Source of the DNA: Antedon mediterranea
Taxonomy: Eukaryota; Animalia; Echinodermata
Assembly (NCBI RefSeq): GCF_964355755.1
Contig: NC_092671.1
Location: forward strand, 6,014,001-6,078,000
Direction of reading: 5' to 3'
DNA: 64,000 nt
The first letter of the stretch is position 1. Each line of letters begins with the position of its first letter. The position numbers and the translations under genes are program-made. Below the pieces are notes generated by a model. It was not told the origin of the DNA. It ran no database searches and worked only from the letters and a program-made list of their open reading frames with translations. Below are positions 1-13,600 of the stretch, piece by piece.

Positions 1-271
1 ATGTAATAATATAATATAATTCATAATTTATGTACAAAACTATAAAAAAATAAACCTAATAAATCATCATGTGATGCATTGTGAGTTTATCACATTTTTA
101 ATTGCTTTATGCAATAGTTGATAGTGTTTTATATCTAAAAATGTCTGAATTAATGTTTAAAATGTAGACATAGACTACATCTGGAATGGAGTCTATGAAC
201 TACAGTATGTAAAACATGAATACTAATTGGTATTCTTTGTATTTCATCTGGTGGCCATTATAATTTCTTAA

Positions 272-1381
272 AATGGACCTGAAATGGATTTTCGATTTTT
301 TTCATTTTAGAATAATGTTTTGGGGGCTATTAGGTGTTGCTAGAATATATATTGTTACAAAATATAAATTGGCCCTTTTGGGGAAAGCCCCATTTGAAAA
401 TAAAAAAAAATTCGCGGGTGACGTCACTTTGCGAATATATTCCTATCCCTCCAATGGACAATTTGCAGTTTTTTGGCTATAACTCTTGAAATCTATGGAG
501 TATTTTCTAAAAAATGCTTGTGCATTCGCAGAAACGTATTTAGAATTTTTTTAGATAAAATTATTACCGTATAAACGGTTATTCATCGAGTAAATGACAA
601 TTTAAAATCTTAAAATCAACGGTTTTTTTCTGGCAATACCGAAGTTGGCCTGGCAACGTTGTCCGGGATACAGCTCCGTGCGCAATGATGCGTATCCATA
701 TTTTCCGTTCGTGTATTTTGTATCGTTCGTAATTTATACTGCTAAAATGTGTTAGTTTCTTTAGTTTTTAGTTTAGCAGAATTAAATTAGTAATATGAGA
801 TGATAATTTATTTGTCACGAATCAGGCAGTTCGAAAACGAATTTTATTCATATTTTACTTTGGCTTGACAATGAGCGCAGCAAGTTGTTGATATAAACGG
901 AGCCTCGCCGCATGATGTGGGTGTGGTGGATCGACTCCGCGCACTGGATTGGGGGCCTAGGCCTAGTAAAGGTTTGGGAGGTAGGCCTTCTAAATTCGGG
1001 TTTTAGAACAAACGAAGTACATTTTAGGGACCTATATTTCAACAACAATAGATATTGAATAAATTAGTATTAGTGTCAACGCTTCGCGTATCTTTCCAGC
1101 CAGGCCGTCGATCATTCACTGACTATCGGGCGGCATACACGCTCTCGATATCATCGTGTGTATATGTGACGTCGTGAATATAGAGGCTTCCGACGGCCGT
1201 TGAAATAGAATATTGCAATGGCGTGAGTAATTTTCGCTAATTTACCATGGTATCTTAAAATTTCGTTTTTACTCAAAATACTACACATTTTGTTTTTATT
1301 TGTATGGGTTTGTGTTAATTTGATACATTTAAATAACATGTGTGAATTTCTTGAAAATCGAAATTCCATTTCAGGTCCATT
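272..1381. mobile_element. Non-autonomous DNA transposon, Kolobok-like (TTAA TSD)
   Basis: ~28-bp terminal inverted repeats (TIRs) AATGGACCTGAAATGGA(T/A)TTTCGATTTT at both ends, flanked by TTAA (268-271 and 1382-1385). Purine-purine termini; CpG-rich interior; no transposase ORF. Confidence 0.8.
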
Positions 1382-2539
1382 TTAACAACCCATTTATATA
1401 AGTTGTTTTGAATTTGTTTCATATTTTATCACTGAAAAAAAAAAGATCTGACCCTACAATAATAGTTTGATAAATTCTCAATATCCTAAATTACATTATT
1501 ATTATTGATAATGATTTATTTTTTCAAATATCATACAATACAAGCCAGTCACTTTCCAATAATAGCTTTAATAACAAAGATTCTTTATGATTATTATTAT
1601 GTTTCAGAATAGCAATCATATTTTCTTATATTTCCTATCCAATTTGTTTCAATTATCTGTGTATCTCGATCAGTAATTCGTCGGCAGAAATTAAACTTGA
1701 CATTCTAGATAAAAGAAAAAAGCGATTGGTCTCTAATTAGCAAGGCTCGTTTTACAATGTGGTTGGCTGGCTATAAAACATCACAGTATGCGACAATCTC
1801 CACGCTGGTGTTTTTAACAGCATGAGTGAACATGGCCTTGCCACATGCCTACATGCCATACACAGATTTTTTTATATATAATGATTGGTTCACGATAAAT
1901 GGAGTTATTTTACGCATGTACGGTTCTGTGTTCTGCGAGCATACACACATCGAGACCAGTTGTGTAAATACAAGAGTAAATTGATGTAGATTTCGTGACA
2001 GTAACTGTTTTTATATTAGTTTCTACTTCTTAGTGCACTAAATTATTGACTGAACTCTTATTTTCGATATACAATTAATTTGAATTTAATTTGTAATCGT
2101 ATATTAATAAAACTGGCAATTAATGTTTAAGAAATTATCAATTATTTTCTTCAATTACTGAGGAGATAAAAGCAATCTACCGCTTGGATAATATTTGCGA
2201 TTAAAGAGTTATAAAGATACATATATTAATTAATTAGCAGAATGTACGGTTAGTAGAAACTAAGTAGTAAATATTAAAGCATGTCCTGCGTTGGATTAAC
2301 CACTTAATTTATATGCGAAGAGGAAAGAGTGTTGTCTACGATGAGAGGTGTGATATTTTTTAAAACTTGGTCGTGTTTGTCTATGAGATGAACAACAAAT
2401 GTGGTGTGAGTACAGTTATGTGTGAGTATTTGTACTCTGCATTTATATTTGTTGGTGGATTTGACAGTTTTGATTTGAAAAGTGCAGTTCAACTGATTTA
2501 ATTCCTATGCATGTATATAGTTGCACACCACCTTCTGTG

Positions 2540-2810
2540 CAATGGAGCGTGACTCACATAGACCGGTGCGCATAGATAATGAGAAACAAGGGTGGTGAAG
2601 TGATTGGTGATACAAGGCTAATGAGATTCAGTTGACCTTTATTTGACCTTGTGGCCATTCAAGGCCAGCTAGTACTCATGTAAGGAATCAGTGTGGAGTT
2701 AGCTATTTCGGTGTGAAGCCCAATGCTAAATATCTCTGCAGCATTAATAAGTATAGCCACCACTCTGGAGGGCACAAGGCCTGTGTAGTGTAAGTCATTT
2801 CCGCCAATCC
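2540..2810 (+). promoter_or_regulatory. Candidate distal promoter of the NR1H gene (AP-1-like TGACTCA, CCAAT boxes, perfect DR5)
   Basis: TGACTCA at ~2550, ATTGG at 2603-2607, TGACCT-ttatt-TGACCT at 2633-2649 and CCAAT at ~2804, all upstream of exon 1a. Confidence 0.5.
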
Positions 2811-2964
2811 GTGCGTCCTTGTAAACTGTCTGGAAAGTACGTTGCCTGCTGATATAGTACCCGGTGCAGAATATTGGAGTTCGCCTTCAGGGGCTTGTAA
2901 CGTTGTGCTTGAACTTGGCATAAGGTGTACTTTTATTTTCGCGTGTGCTGTACATAAGGAACTC

Positions 2965-3004
2965 ATGGACTACTCTCATGGCTTCACGCAAGTTTATACA
3001 TCAG
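2965..3004 (+). CDS. NR1H: NR1H receptor, candidate coding exon 1a (MDYSHGFTQVYTS-, phase 1)
   Basis: ATG at 2965 and donor CAG|GTACGT at 3005. The 40-nt length gives phase 1, matching the acceptor at 41782 (G|AT = Asp). It lies in a GC/CpG-richer island with CCAAT boxes upstream. Confidence 0.62.
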
Positions 3005-4319
3005 GTACGTTTAGATTTTTTTTTTCATGTCTTAGATTCTGCGGTGTATGTTGTACGTCTAAATTGTGACAACTTAATACTAGCATATCAGTGTGTTCCA
3101 GTTCTTTGCGACCCTTGGTAATGCCGTATTAGGAGATTCTTTTCGCATCAAAAACTGTCAGAATAAATAACATTTTACTGTTATTTGACAGCTGTACATT
3201 TAATGTGGATAAAATGATAAATATCAAAGATTACATTGATAAAATTATTGAAATATAAGATAAAAAGATGTTTTTGAGTTTGATTCGACATACAGTCATT
3301 ATTTTAATTACGAGTAGAATAATAGTAGTAATTCTATGGTTATTGAAAAAAATATTTTGTTAAAAAATTATGCATACAAAAGAGTATAATAATACCAACC
3401 TATGAAAGTAAAAATTAAAAACATATTACATTAAAAACAAACAGGAAACATGCCAAAACTTATTAAATCAAATCTATATTTAGAAACAGTATTATTGGAT
3501 TGTGATATCTTTTATACAGTATAAATGTACAAAAACAAAACAGACATATTTAAATATTTCATTTAATTATATCTATATGTCATGTTATGTCATCTTTTCT
3601 AGCATATTATAAATTTCCAACTATTTTAAAAAATGAAAATATAACAATCAAATAAACAAAACAAATAACAAATCTGTTTATCAAAAAATACTCGTTAAAA
3701 TTCAAATTATGATGTATTTTGTGCAATTCTGTTTTTCAAAAGTAGATGTTTAGTCTTAGAGGTTCCAAACACGATGTTAAGAGTCGTACATAAGTGGTGT
3801 TGGAGATTTATCGAGATGATGGACATTTTAAAAGATTGTTAGATTGAATCATAAGGATCTCTCGAACATAGGATGTCTACGAATAATTTTATATTTTTGC
3901 CTCTGGAGAGTAGAAGATATGGTAATAGAAAGGTTTATAACCAAATTAACATACTTAAGTTTTCTGCTTAAATCTGTTAATGTAATGTAGTTTTTTTTCC
4001 CCATCGATCAAAACATTTTAAAAAGTTTAAAGGTGGATTTTATATCAACAACCGTAATGTTTACTTTTTATATCACAGAAATGTACACAATATGAAAATG
4101 TACAATGATTGACAAGTTTTTTTTAGTATGTTTGATTGACCTTTGAAATGGCATTGCTTATTTTAACTTTGGTTTAAATTTATATATAACTTATTTTAAT
4201 TAGTTAATTTTGACAGTTGTATAAACAGTAACTCCAGAGAATGAAATCTTTTTCGGTGATGAATTAATGAGCGAAATTTATTATAAATTCTAATTTACAT
4301 TTTTATTACAATTGTTAAC

Positions 4320-4438
4320 TAGGCAATTTATTAAATATTATGAATGAACAAAAATGATGTAATATCTAGTAGGCAATTTATTAGATATTATGAATGACAA
4401 AAATATGTAATATTTAGTAGACAATTTATTAAATATTA
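4320..4438. repeat. Short tandem repeat, ~49-bp unit, ~2.5 copies
   Basis: TAGGCAATTTATTA(A/G)ATATTATGAATGA... repeated. Confidence 0.8.
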
Positions 4439-5697
4439 ATTAAGTTTATAATGGAAATACATAATTTCTTTAAAGAAATAGTTAATTTCTACATAGGATT
4501 GTTTGAAAATTATGAATATTGTTAACCTATATAATTTTCAAACAATCCTAACAATATTCATAAAATCTTATACATTGTCATCATGACGTATTTATAAAAA
4601 GCATTTAAATTATTTCTAAATAAAACTAGAATTCTTTAAAATGAAAAGAAATTGTTTATTAAAACCACTTGTAAGGAAGAATTTCCAATCTGTTTAGAAC
4701 AGCATACAAGCTATAGCGGTCAGTTGATTGTAGATTCCATTATTGTTCACTGCTTCTGCACTTTACAATTTCCAAATTCAATACGCTTCTAATTCTCTGA
4801 ACAAAAAAATCTTGAACAACAAAGATTGAAATTTGTTTTGGTTGACTGCTGCTTTTATTAAACAAAATAATTTTCTTAAACCCTAACACAGACATACAGT
4901 CCACTCACATACAAAATCCTAATCTCATATACAAGTGTTTGCTATTATTTTTATATCTAACATAATATTCGCCAACTAATTCCAAGTCATGCCATATTCA
5001 AAACTAATATTCTAGAGATTTTGCGTGTAATACATATCGTTTGATCTCTGTTTCACCCGCGTTATGTAAATCCAAATATGTTTTCATATTTAGCAGATAC
5101 GCTAAGCTACGTATTCTTAAAATATTGTTTTCATTTGATTTTACATACAAATGAATGGATTTTCAAAACAGGTGCCTTTAGAACATTATTGGTATGCAAA
5201 GGATACTGTGTATGCTATGGAATTATGTTTAAACTTTTTTTGTTTTGTTAGGGCTTAATAACATGATCCTTTCATTGGCTTTGTTCACTTCAAGGTTCAC
5301 AAAAAGGAAGGAAAACATAACATAATGTTATTCAAAAAGAAAAAAAGATTAATTGGCTTGGTAAAAATTATCTATAACCTGACTATGAACAGTTTTAGAA
5401 TCGGAATTATTGGTTTGAAATCGCTTGACCGTTTTAAGAATTTAAATCCTATTTAGAATTCAATTACTGGCCATCATCTTTATGTCCAACATCTGTTCTG
5501 TTTTATCTGTTCTACATCATATTCCTCATTAAATTAAATATGGTGTAATACCTTTTTAAAATATACTATTAATATATACCATCTTCATACCAATATAACC
5601 TCATACAGCATTCCGAACATTCTGAAATAATTTAAATTACATTTTTTGCAAATTGAAAACAAGACAAAAACAGTATTGGTTTTCTATTAAACCTATC

Positions 5698-5930
5698 ATG
5701 TCCTCCATATTCCATATTCCATGTCCTCCATATTCCATGTCCTCCATATTCCATGTCCTCCATATTCCATATTCCATGTCCCCCATATTCCATATTCCAT
5801 GTCCTCCATATTCCATATTCCATGTCCTCCATATTCCATATTTCATTTCCTCCATATTCCATATTCCATGTCCCCCATATTCCATATTCCATATTCCATG
5901 TCCTCCATATTCCATGTCCTCTATATTCCA
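5698..5930. repeat. Composite micro/minisatellite of TCCATAT and TCCATGTCC units
   Basis: Directly visible; explains the five overlapping spurious ORFs at 5632-6007. Confidence 0.95.
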
Positions 5931-7442
5931 CACAAGCCAATACATTTCTTTTCTTTCTTTTCAATACATTTAATTTAAAAATACTCCGAACATGCAGCTT
6001 ACATTAATTTTTTTAAACAGCATTTAAAATGTTAAAAATATGCAGTTAAATATGTATATATAAATAGAAAACTCTGTTTCAAAGAATTGAGTTTAGGATA
6101 ATGTAAGAATTAGGACAATTGATGTCTAGACTGAGCATAAATGATTTATGTGCGCATTGTGGTCATTTAGTTTTTTTATGTAGCATTCATGGTTTGTTTT
6201 TCAGTTTGTATTCTGTATGAACTGTGTTTGACCATATCACTCATTAATATATGTACAAAATGTAAGATTAGATATGTGATTATTATACACATTTGGCATC
6301 TGATATTCTACACAGCCATAGGCTCATTTTGGTTATGTGTCCACAATATATTTGGTCAGAATATCTCTCGTTTTGAAAGGAATTGGATTGCATGGACGAC
6401 ATATATTAATTGGTAATAAATCCATGTGAATAGTAGAAATTTATAAGTCCTTTTGAAATAGGAATAGTTAACTGGTCTGTTATACTATCACCTTCCCATC
6501 TGTCTGTCCATTTATAGTTTTTTTCCTTAAAGTATGAAATTGTATACATACAGTAGTTTCATGTTGTATCCATCCATCTACGTCTTGTATGTATTATACA
6601 TTTCTTTCTCATTTTTCCATTGGTCCTATATTATATATAGTTTACTATATAATACTTAGAACCCAAATTAAGGGGAAAACTTCAGAACTCAACAAAGTGT
6701 CTTCTGCTTTGGCTATTGACATTATATTTGTCACTGTTCATTTCATAGGGATGTCTCAAAAGATAGATTCCGCAATGGAGGGGTTCTACTCTAAAGCACT
6801 TAATTTACATTACTAAACCACTGAATTGGTGTAGTTTATTCTTTTAAAAACAATTATATTCCAGAATAAAAATATATCTTTAACATTTTTGTCAAGGTCT
6901 TTGTGTGTGTGAGGTAATATTCTGAGTATTGGTATTTGTATGCTAATTTCTACCGCAATTATATAATAAAGAAATGTTGAACATCAGCATGGTATAAACA
7001 ACACGGTAATTTAATTTCTTTGAAAATCTGTGTTTAACACACATGCTGTTGTTTCTAGATGTATGAAGCATGTAAGTAGCATTATACCGTAAATGATCAA
7101 ATAAACTCATTTGAATAGGCATGTCTCTCAATAGAAAACAAATAGTATATAATATTGTTGAGAATATCAAAAGTTTAGATATAATTTATAAAAACATTGA
7201 TTTTTTCTTTAATGATCTGCCATAAACAATGTCAAAAATGTGAATCATATCAACCCTTTTAAGGTCAAAAGTTAATCAATGACAGGCACGTTTTAATGAA
7301 AGTAATATTTCCAGTAGTGTAATTATAAAGGCAATATCAGATATTTTAATTTCAAACAACATTGACAATGTTCAATTCTAAATACAGTGATATCAAAGTC
7401 ATACCCATAACATTAATGTTAAATTATAAACATGAAGATTAA

Positions 7443-8068
7443 AGCCCCATTCCCTACGTTTTTTAGATCTAATTTAAGATCACAAACTATATTTAATGTA
7501 AAAATAATACTATATGGTCCTATTGCGATAACTTTTTTCGTCTTTAAACGGTTAAAAATGTGAAAAATAAATCGATTTTAATAATTATAGCGGCCCGCTA
7601 TAAATCCCAAAATGCATTGCGCGCGGATTGATATTGTTGTTTTTCACCTGTAATTCGCCCACTTTTCGATCGATCGTGAAGCCAAAACAAATGGAAGACT
7701 CCTAACTTTTCAGCGAAAATACCGGGTTTTCCCCAATTTGTATCAACGCAGTCTGGCAAAAATAGAAAGACAATTAATGTAGCAACTATACAACGTCAGG
7801 CTAGGTATATAGCTAGCGTACGATGTTCGTACGTTACCGATGTTTACCAGCTAGGCCTACAAAACTAAGCCTAGCTAGGCTAGGCCTGAGACCGTCCACG
7901 AGAGGTCGATCGCCGCGAGCTACTTAGGTAGTGCATTGTTTCTCACTTTTTATCATAATTTACCATAAAACGTACATTTAAGACAAGGAATGACATGGTT
8001 TAATGTTTTTAAAATGATATATATGTATTATTTTCCAAAAAACGTCCAAAATTGCAGGGAAGGGGTCT
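7443..8068. mobile_element. Non-autonomous DNA transposon, Kolobok-like (TTAA TSD)
   Basis: TTAA|AGCCCCATTCCCT ... AGGGAAGGGGTCT|TTAA imperfect TIRs; CpG-rich interior with TAGGCCTA/GCTAGC motifs. Confidence 0.72.
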
Positions 8069-10203
8069 TTAAATTTTTCCGGTTAAGATGACACATTTTG
8101 TTTTAAGTTTCTGCTTCGTGTCATTAATCATTGTACCAAATAGCTCTTTAGGGATCTCCAATCTCTTGACGACAGCTTTTGATAAGAGCATGTATGTGCA
8201 TGAGAGAGATGCTACCTTCGAGACTATCTTACAATGTTTCGTGATTCAGTCTTCTGTGTCACGTTTAATCTTGGTTGAAGTCGTCGTGTCAAATAGCTAG
8301 CTCACCTTCTAAACCGTTTTAATATCAGCTTTGTGGAGATCTGAAGGTGATCGATTGAATAATATGAGAAAAAAGACAGATAAATGATTGAAGATTTTTT
8401 TTAAAGAATTTTATAGACCTAATGCCTGTGTATTGACAAACCTATCATGTGTGTTAAATAACTACTGATTTTAATTACATATTTGACTTTTAAACATTAA
8501 CATATTTTTTTTAAATCACCTTTTTTTTATACTTAAGCTTGTGGAAGAAATATTTTAATTGAAAAGACTTTAAAACAACATTTAGAAGTGTTGATTGATG
8601 ATTAAATTATTTTTTCCAAAAAATTGGGTCGAACAAACAACTTTTTCAGGCTTAATATGGAACTATTATAGCACTGAAGTAGGGTCATGTCATATCCTAA
8701 TCTATTTGCCGTTCTATATAATTTGATCATATCAAAAAGATAGTCATCTATTGACTCTTGAAAGAAGATTGTTCTTTATTTTATTTTTAAAACTTTGATA
8801 ATATCTATTTTCGACGCCCATTAATCTTCATGCTTCTGCGTGATATTTATCAGTTTTCCAGATCAGTTGTTTTTAAAGTTCGACCTTTATTTTTCAAATT
8901 CGAAAAGTTGAACTTGGATTCCGGCTTAGTGAAATGATGCCTTGTAGAGTAATAAAGAAAGATCAACTCCTGGCGTGAGTGGGTATGTGAATTTAGTGGG
9001 ACATCGTCGATGTATAATATGGTTGGCTTGACTAGAGTCTTATTGCAGACTAGCCTAGCTGGAGACGGCAATACTTCTCCTAACCTTGATGTCACCCTTG
9101 GTTTTCCGCATACCGCTATCGCAGCGAGTTATCTACATGAGAATAAAGAAAACTGTTATGAATAAAAATCATTTTAAGGCTAATGTTATTTCTAAAATAA
9201 CTTTTTATTTATAATATTTTTGACCTTCGTTAATGATGTCAACGAGTATGCTTACAATACTTAGTGAAAAAAGATTTCAAACTGTGTTAATTTAAAGTAG
9301 AATTTTTATTTATAAAACAATAAATTGGGATAACAATACCATTGACAATAATGCTATTCTTTTCCCTGATTATTCCATAGTTCAATAGTACAAATAATTC
9401 AATGACAATTGGGTGCACATAAAGAAAATGTATTTCGAATTGTTAAAATAATGATCTAGTTATATTTATCAATCATCTTTAAAAATAAATACAAAAGGTT
9501 CATTCTTATTTAAGTTTCAGTTTTGTGTTTTGAAATATTTACTCCATGGTAAAAGTTAATGTGATGTAATCTTCATATTTAATCGTTAGCATTCAAAAGA
9601 ACTATTAAATTGACCCCATGTAGTGAGTGGTTTATTGATTGATGTGATGACCACTATATACCATTCTATCCTGGTGATTGTACTATGTACTTTTGTTTAT
9701 TTAATTATCCAACTTGGTTAATTATTTAACACAAATTACTTGCACGTTCAAATTACTAGGAAACCTATTTTGTCAGTACATCCAAGAAAATAAAATATGC
9801 TATAATAAATTATATTAAGCATTGTCATTTTTTCAGTAATTTGCCTTTGAAATTAATATATTATTATATACATTCACTGTACAGGTATTTACAATAATTT
9901 AATTTAGCATTCACAGATATGATTATTATTATATTCGACCCAGATAAAAATTGGTACCGGTATCTATAAAATAATATTAGAATATGGAAAAGAATAATCC
10001 ATTGTGGAAAAGAATTATCCATTGTGGTAAAGATTTGAGTTTTCAATAAGTTTTTTCAATAAAGTACTCACCCATTTACGAGTAGCACCTCATATTCTAC
10101 ACTGTTTTAAAATCATCTATTTAGAACTTTCTTTCCAGCCCCTTTATTTAAGTTCATATTACCAAGTCCTTCATTGATATTGATTCACCTATACATGAGT
10201 ACC

Positions 10204-10693
10204 ACCTATCCTACTCTGGTGTAAACAGCTCCTTAATTCAACTTACATAAGTACTACAGTACCTATCCTACTCTGGTGTAAACAGCTCCTTAATTCAACT
10301 TACATAAGTACTACAGTACCTATCCTACTCTGGTGTAAACAGCTCCTTAATTCAACTTACATAAGTACTACAGTACCTATCCTACTCTGGTGTAAACAGC
10401 TCCTTAATTCAACTTACATAAGTACTACAGTACCTATCCTACTCTGGTGTAAACAGCTCCTTAATTCAACTTACATAAGTACTACAGTACCTATCCTACT
10501 CTGGTGTAAACAGGTCCTTAATTCAACTTACATAAAAGTACTACAGTACCTATCCTACTCTGGTGTAAACAGGTCCTTAATTCAACTTACATAAAAGTAC
10601 TACAGTACCTATCCTACTCTGGTGTAAACAGCTCCTTAATTCAACTTACATAAAAGTACTACAGTACCTATCCTACTCTGGTGTAAACAGCTC
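10204..10693. repeat. Minisatellite, 57-59-bp unit, ~8.5 copies
   Basis: Unit ACCTATCCTACTCTGGTGTAAACAGCTCCTTAATTCAACTTACATAA(AA)GTACTACAGT; copies are near-identical. Confidence 0.97.
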
Positions 10694-13600
10694 ATTGATC
10701 TCAAGACTTCCTTGAACTTGACAATTTTCCAGTCACATTATTTGCATTCACCCATATCATGTCAACCTTGGTTCTACATTGTGATTTATGGTATACAAGG
10801 TGATACTTATTTATTTGTTGACATTTTCTGTAACCACAACCACAAATTGTAACCTAATCATAATTCCCTGGTTGCATAATACCCTATGGATGAAACCAAG
10901 ATGAGAGTGATATTATGGAACTTTAAGGATGACACCAGGATGGGTATATTTGTAATTTTAATATACCGTATAAAGGGAATTATTAATCTTAGAACGTAGT
11001 ACTATAGGTAGAAATTAAGCTGGGATGAATAAAATATGACATTTTGTTTTTGCACATCATTTGGAAGTGACCACCTACAAGGTTGTATGGTATCTCTTGT
11101 TAATGATTAAAAAAATGCCACACAGCAATATATTATTTTTCGTCCTATTTATAGTAAGTTTTCATCGCTAGTTCCTGGACCTGAGGGTATTACAAGTAAT
11201 TCAAAATCAACAACACATCTACATTTACATTATTATGAATATTCAGAAACAACCCGTACTGCATAACTACAGGGTAGTATTGAATACCACTACAGGGTAA
11301 CCATAGTTTTACTGAACGTTTCCTTGTATCATGTTTATGCAAATTAACGCAACACCTATCAATAAATGCAAACATACTATGTACTGTTTACACACACACA
11401 CAAGACACAGTATCAATTTGATTACCATGTTTATGTACAATCAGTTTAACCATTTCCTTGAGCCTGCTACTTTGTGGCTTTTAATTGGCTAACTGGTGAC
11501 CACAACAAGTGTGTCTGAGGAAATGTTGACATTCCCATAATAATAAGTAATGTGTCTTCCTATCTAGGCTGGGTTTAATAATGCCAAACTGTACACTAAT
11601 GGCCAGTATAACCTATTAAATTATTTTATATAAATTTGGCCTATTTGTTTCTTCTGTTATGTCAAATAATTTTTGACCTACAATATTAAAACTTTATTGT
11701 AGAATTTAATGGACTACAACATTTGAAAGATATCTATCATTTACTATACTAAATAATAATAATATTCATAAATAAAGCTAAATAATTTTCAGAAATATAC
11801 TGTAAAGTAGGCTTAGTTTTTTAGTTATGTAAATTTGGTATCGTTTCTCAACAGATTCAGATTTTTAAAAGTAAATTTCAAAAAATATTTTTTCTGTTAT
11901 GGATCTAAACCTGTGTCATTGATATTCCTTTAAATCTTTTAGTGTTTATCAAAATTTCAATTATTTTATCTCTTACCATTTTCATAAATTTAATTTCTTA
12001 TGTATCTCTGTATCTGTATTTAAACAAATTTTTTTCAGAAAACATTTTCATTATCAATAATTTTTCCATCAATACCTTTAATTTATTCCTGGATTTAATG
12101 ATATGAACATCTTACAACAACTCCATTAGTCACTTTAAATAATTTTTTCTGAAAATATTTTCATCGTCAACTCCATTAGCCACTGAATATAGAATGTATG
12201 TTATCTTATGTATGAGGATTAACTTAACAAGACTTAATACGATATTTTCATACTAAACATTATATGTTTTTAATCTACTCCACTATAAAGCCATTTCTTT
12301 TCCTGTCTTAAATTGACGTAAATGTTATTTTTCATGTATTCATACTCAGATTATGAAGAGAAATGTTAAATTTAAGATTCGATTAAAAAATGAATAATTA
12401 AGATTAAATTATTCAATATCCTAATAGAATTTATAATAATTAGCATACAAATTAATCAAATTTAAAAAAAATTATCTTCTATATTGCATAAGAAAATCTC
12501 ACCTTGATATTAATCGATATCACTCAATCATTCAATTATTAGTAATTCATTCAATCTTATCAGGTAAAGTAAGGTAATCATTTGATCTATAATCGATTGA
12601 TTGATTGATCAATCATCAATTAAACTATCCATCTATTCTTCATTCATTTACCCATTCATTCAATTTTTCAACATTATATTGTGTCATTCAATCATTCAAA
12701 TAGAAATAAACAATAGACAATTTTTCTATAGGCCTACTCATAAATTGTTATTACTACTTATAACATAAATGATTCTTTAGTGGATATTATAAATGTAATA
12801 TAATTGGTTTATTAAAAATTCTCATATCCAATTAAAAAACCTTGTCTGTCCCTCACAGTTTGTGTGCAAAATTTAAACTGAGTGATGAAATAAAAACTTA
12901 TTTAAAGATGATAAAAAAGAAGGGTGTGTGATGTGTGTGTTCATAGGCTGTGTGTCTATCCAAAAATATATGTTAAACCTTAAAAAGTTTTCCTCTTTTT
13001 CTTCAACATTAAACTAGAAATAACACCATTAAGTTTGTAAAGAAAAAAGCAATCTGGTTTTACAAAACATCTACAAAGAAATTAGAAATTAGAAAAATAT
13101 GAAAGTAATCATTATAACAATACACTGCTGGAGCGTGGAAATCCAATTGTTACGTTTCAATGATCTTAATCAGGCTTTACTTTCGAATGAGTGCACGCTA
13201 TGGCGGGCTTTATTAGGTTTGGAAGCGCAATGAAAACACTGATGGAGAATATTGCGTGAGTTTGCACATTGTGATTGTCGGAATTGGTTCTAAGACTTGG
13301 GCAACTATTGATCATGATTGCATACCTACCATGATTAAGGTATTATAATATATGGTTAACAAAACAATTGGTAAAGGTGAACAAAGAAAACAGTGGCTGG
13401 TTAGAATTGAAACATGTGATTTGTGTTGATGTGTACTAGTAGTAATGTGTGTTTTGGACATAAAACATTAAAACTAAACATCACTTATGCAAACATTACA
13501 CATACATACATGGAATGTTTATTTTTATTATTTTAAAAACTTTATTTTGTCACTAAATGTATTTTTTTTCTAGATGCAAAGTTAGAATTATTATGATTTG

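Noticed and set aside
5632-6007. Five overlapping ORFs of 84-110 aa with repetitive peptides
   Set aside because: They arise from the stop-poor TCCATAT/TCCATGTCC satellite; there is no splice or coding support.
10204-10693. Possible CRISPR-like array
   Set aside because: Units are contiguous and near-identical with no unique spacers, the context is eukaryotic, and there are no cas genes. It is an ordinary minisatellite.
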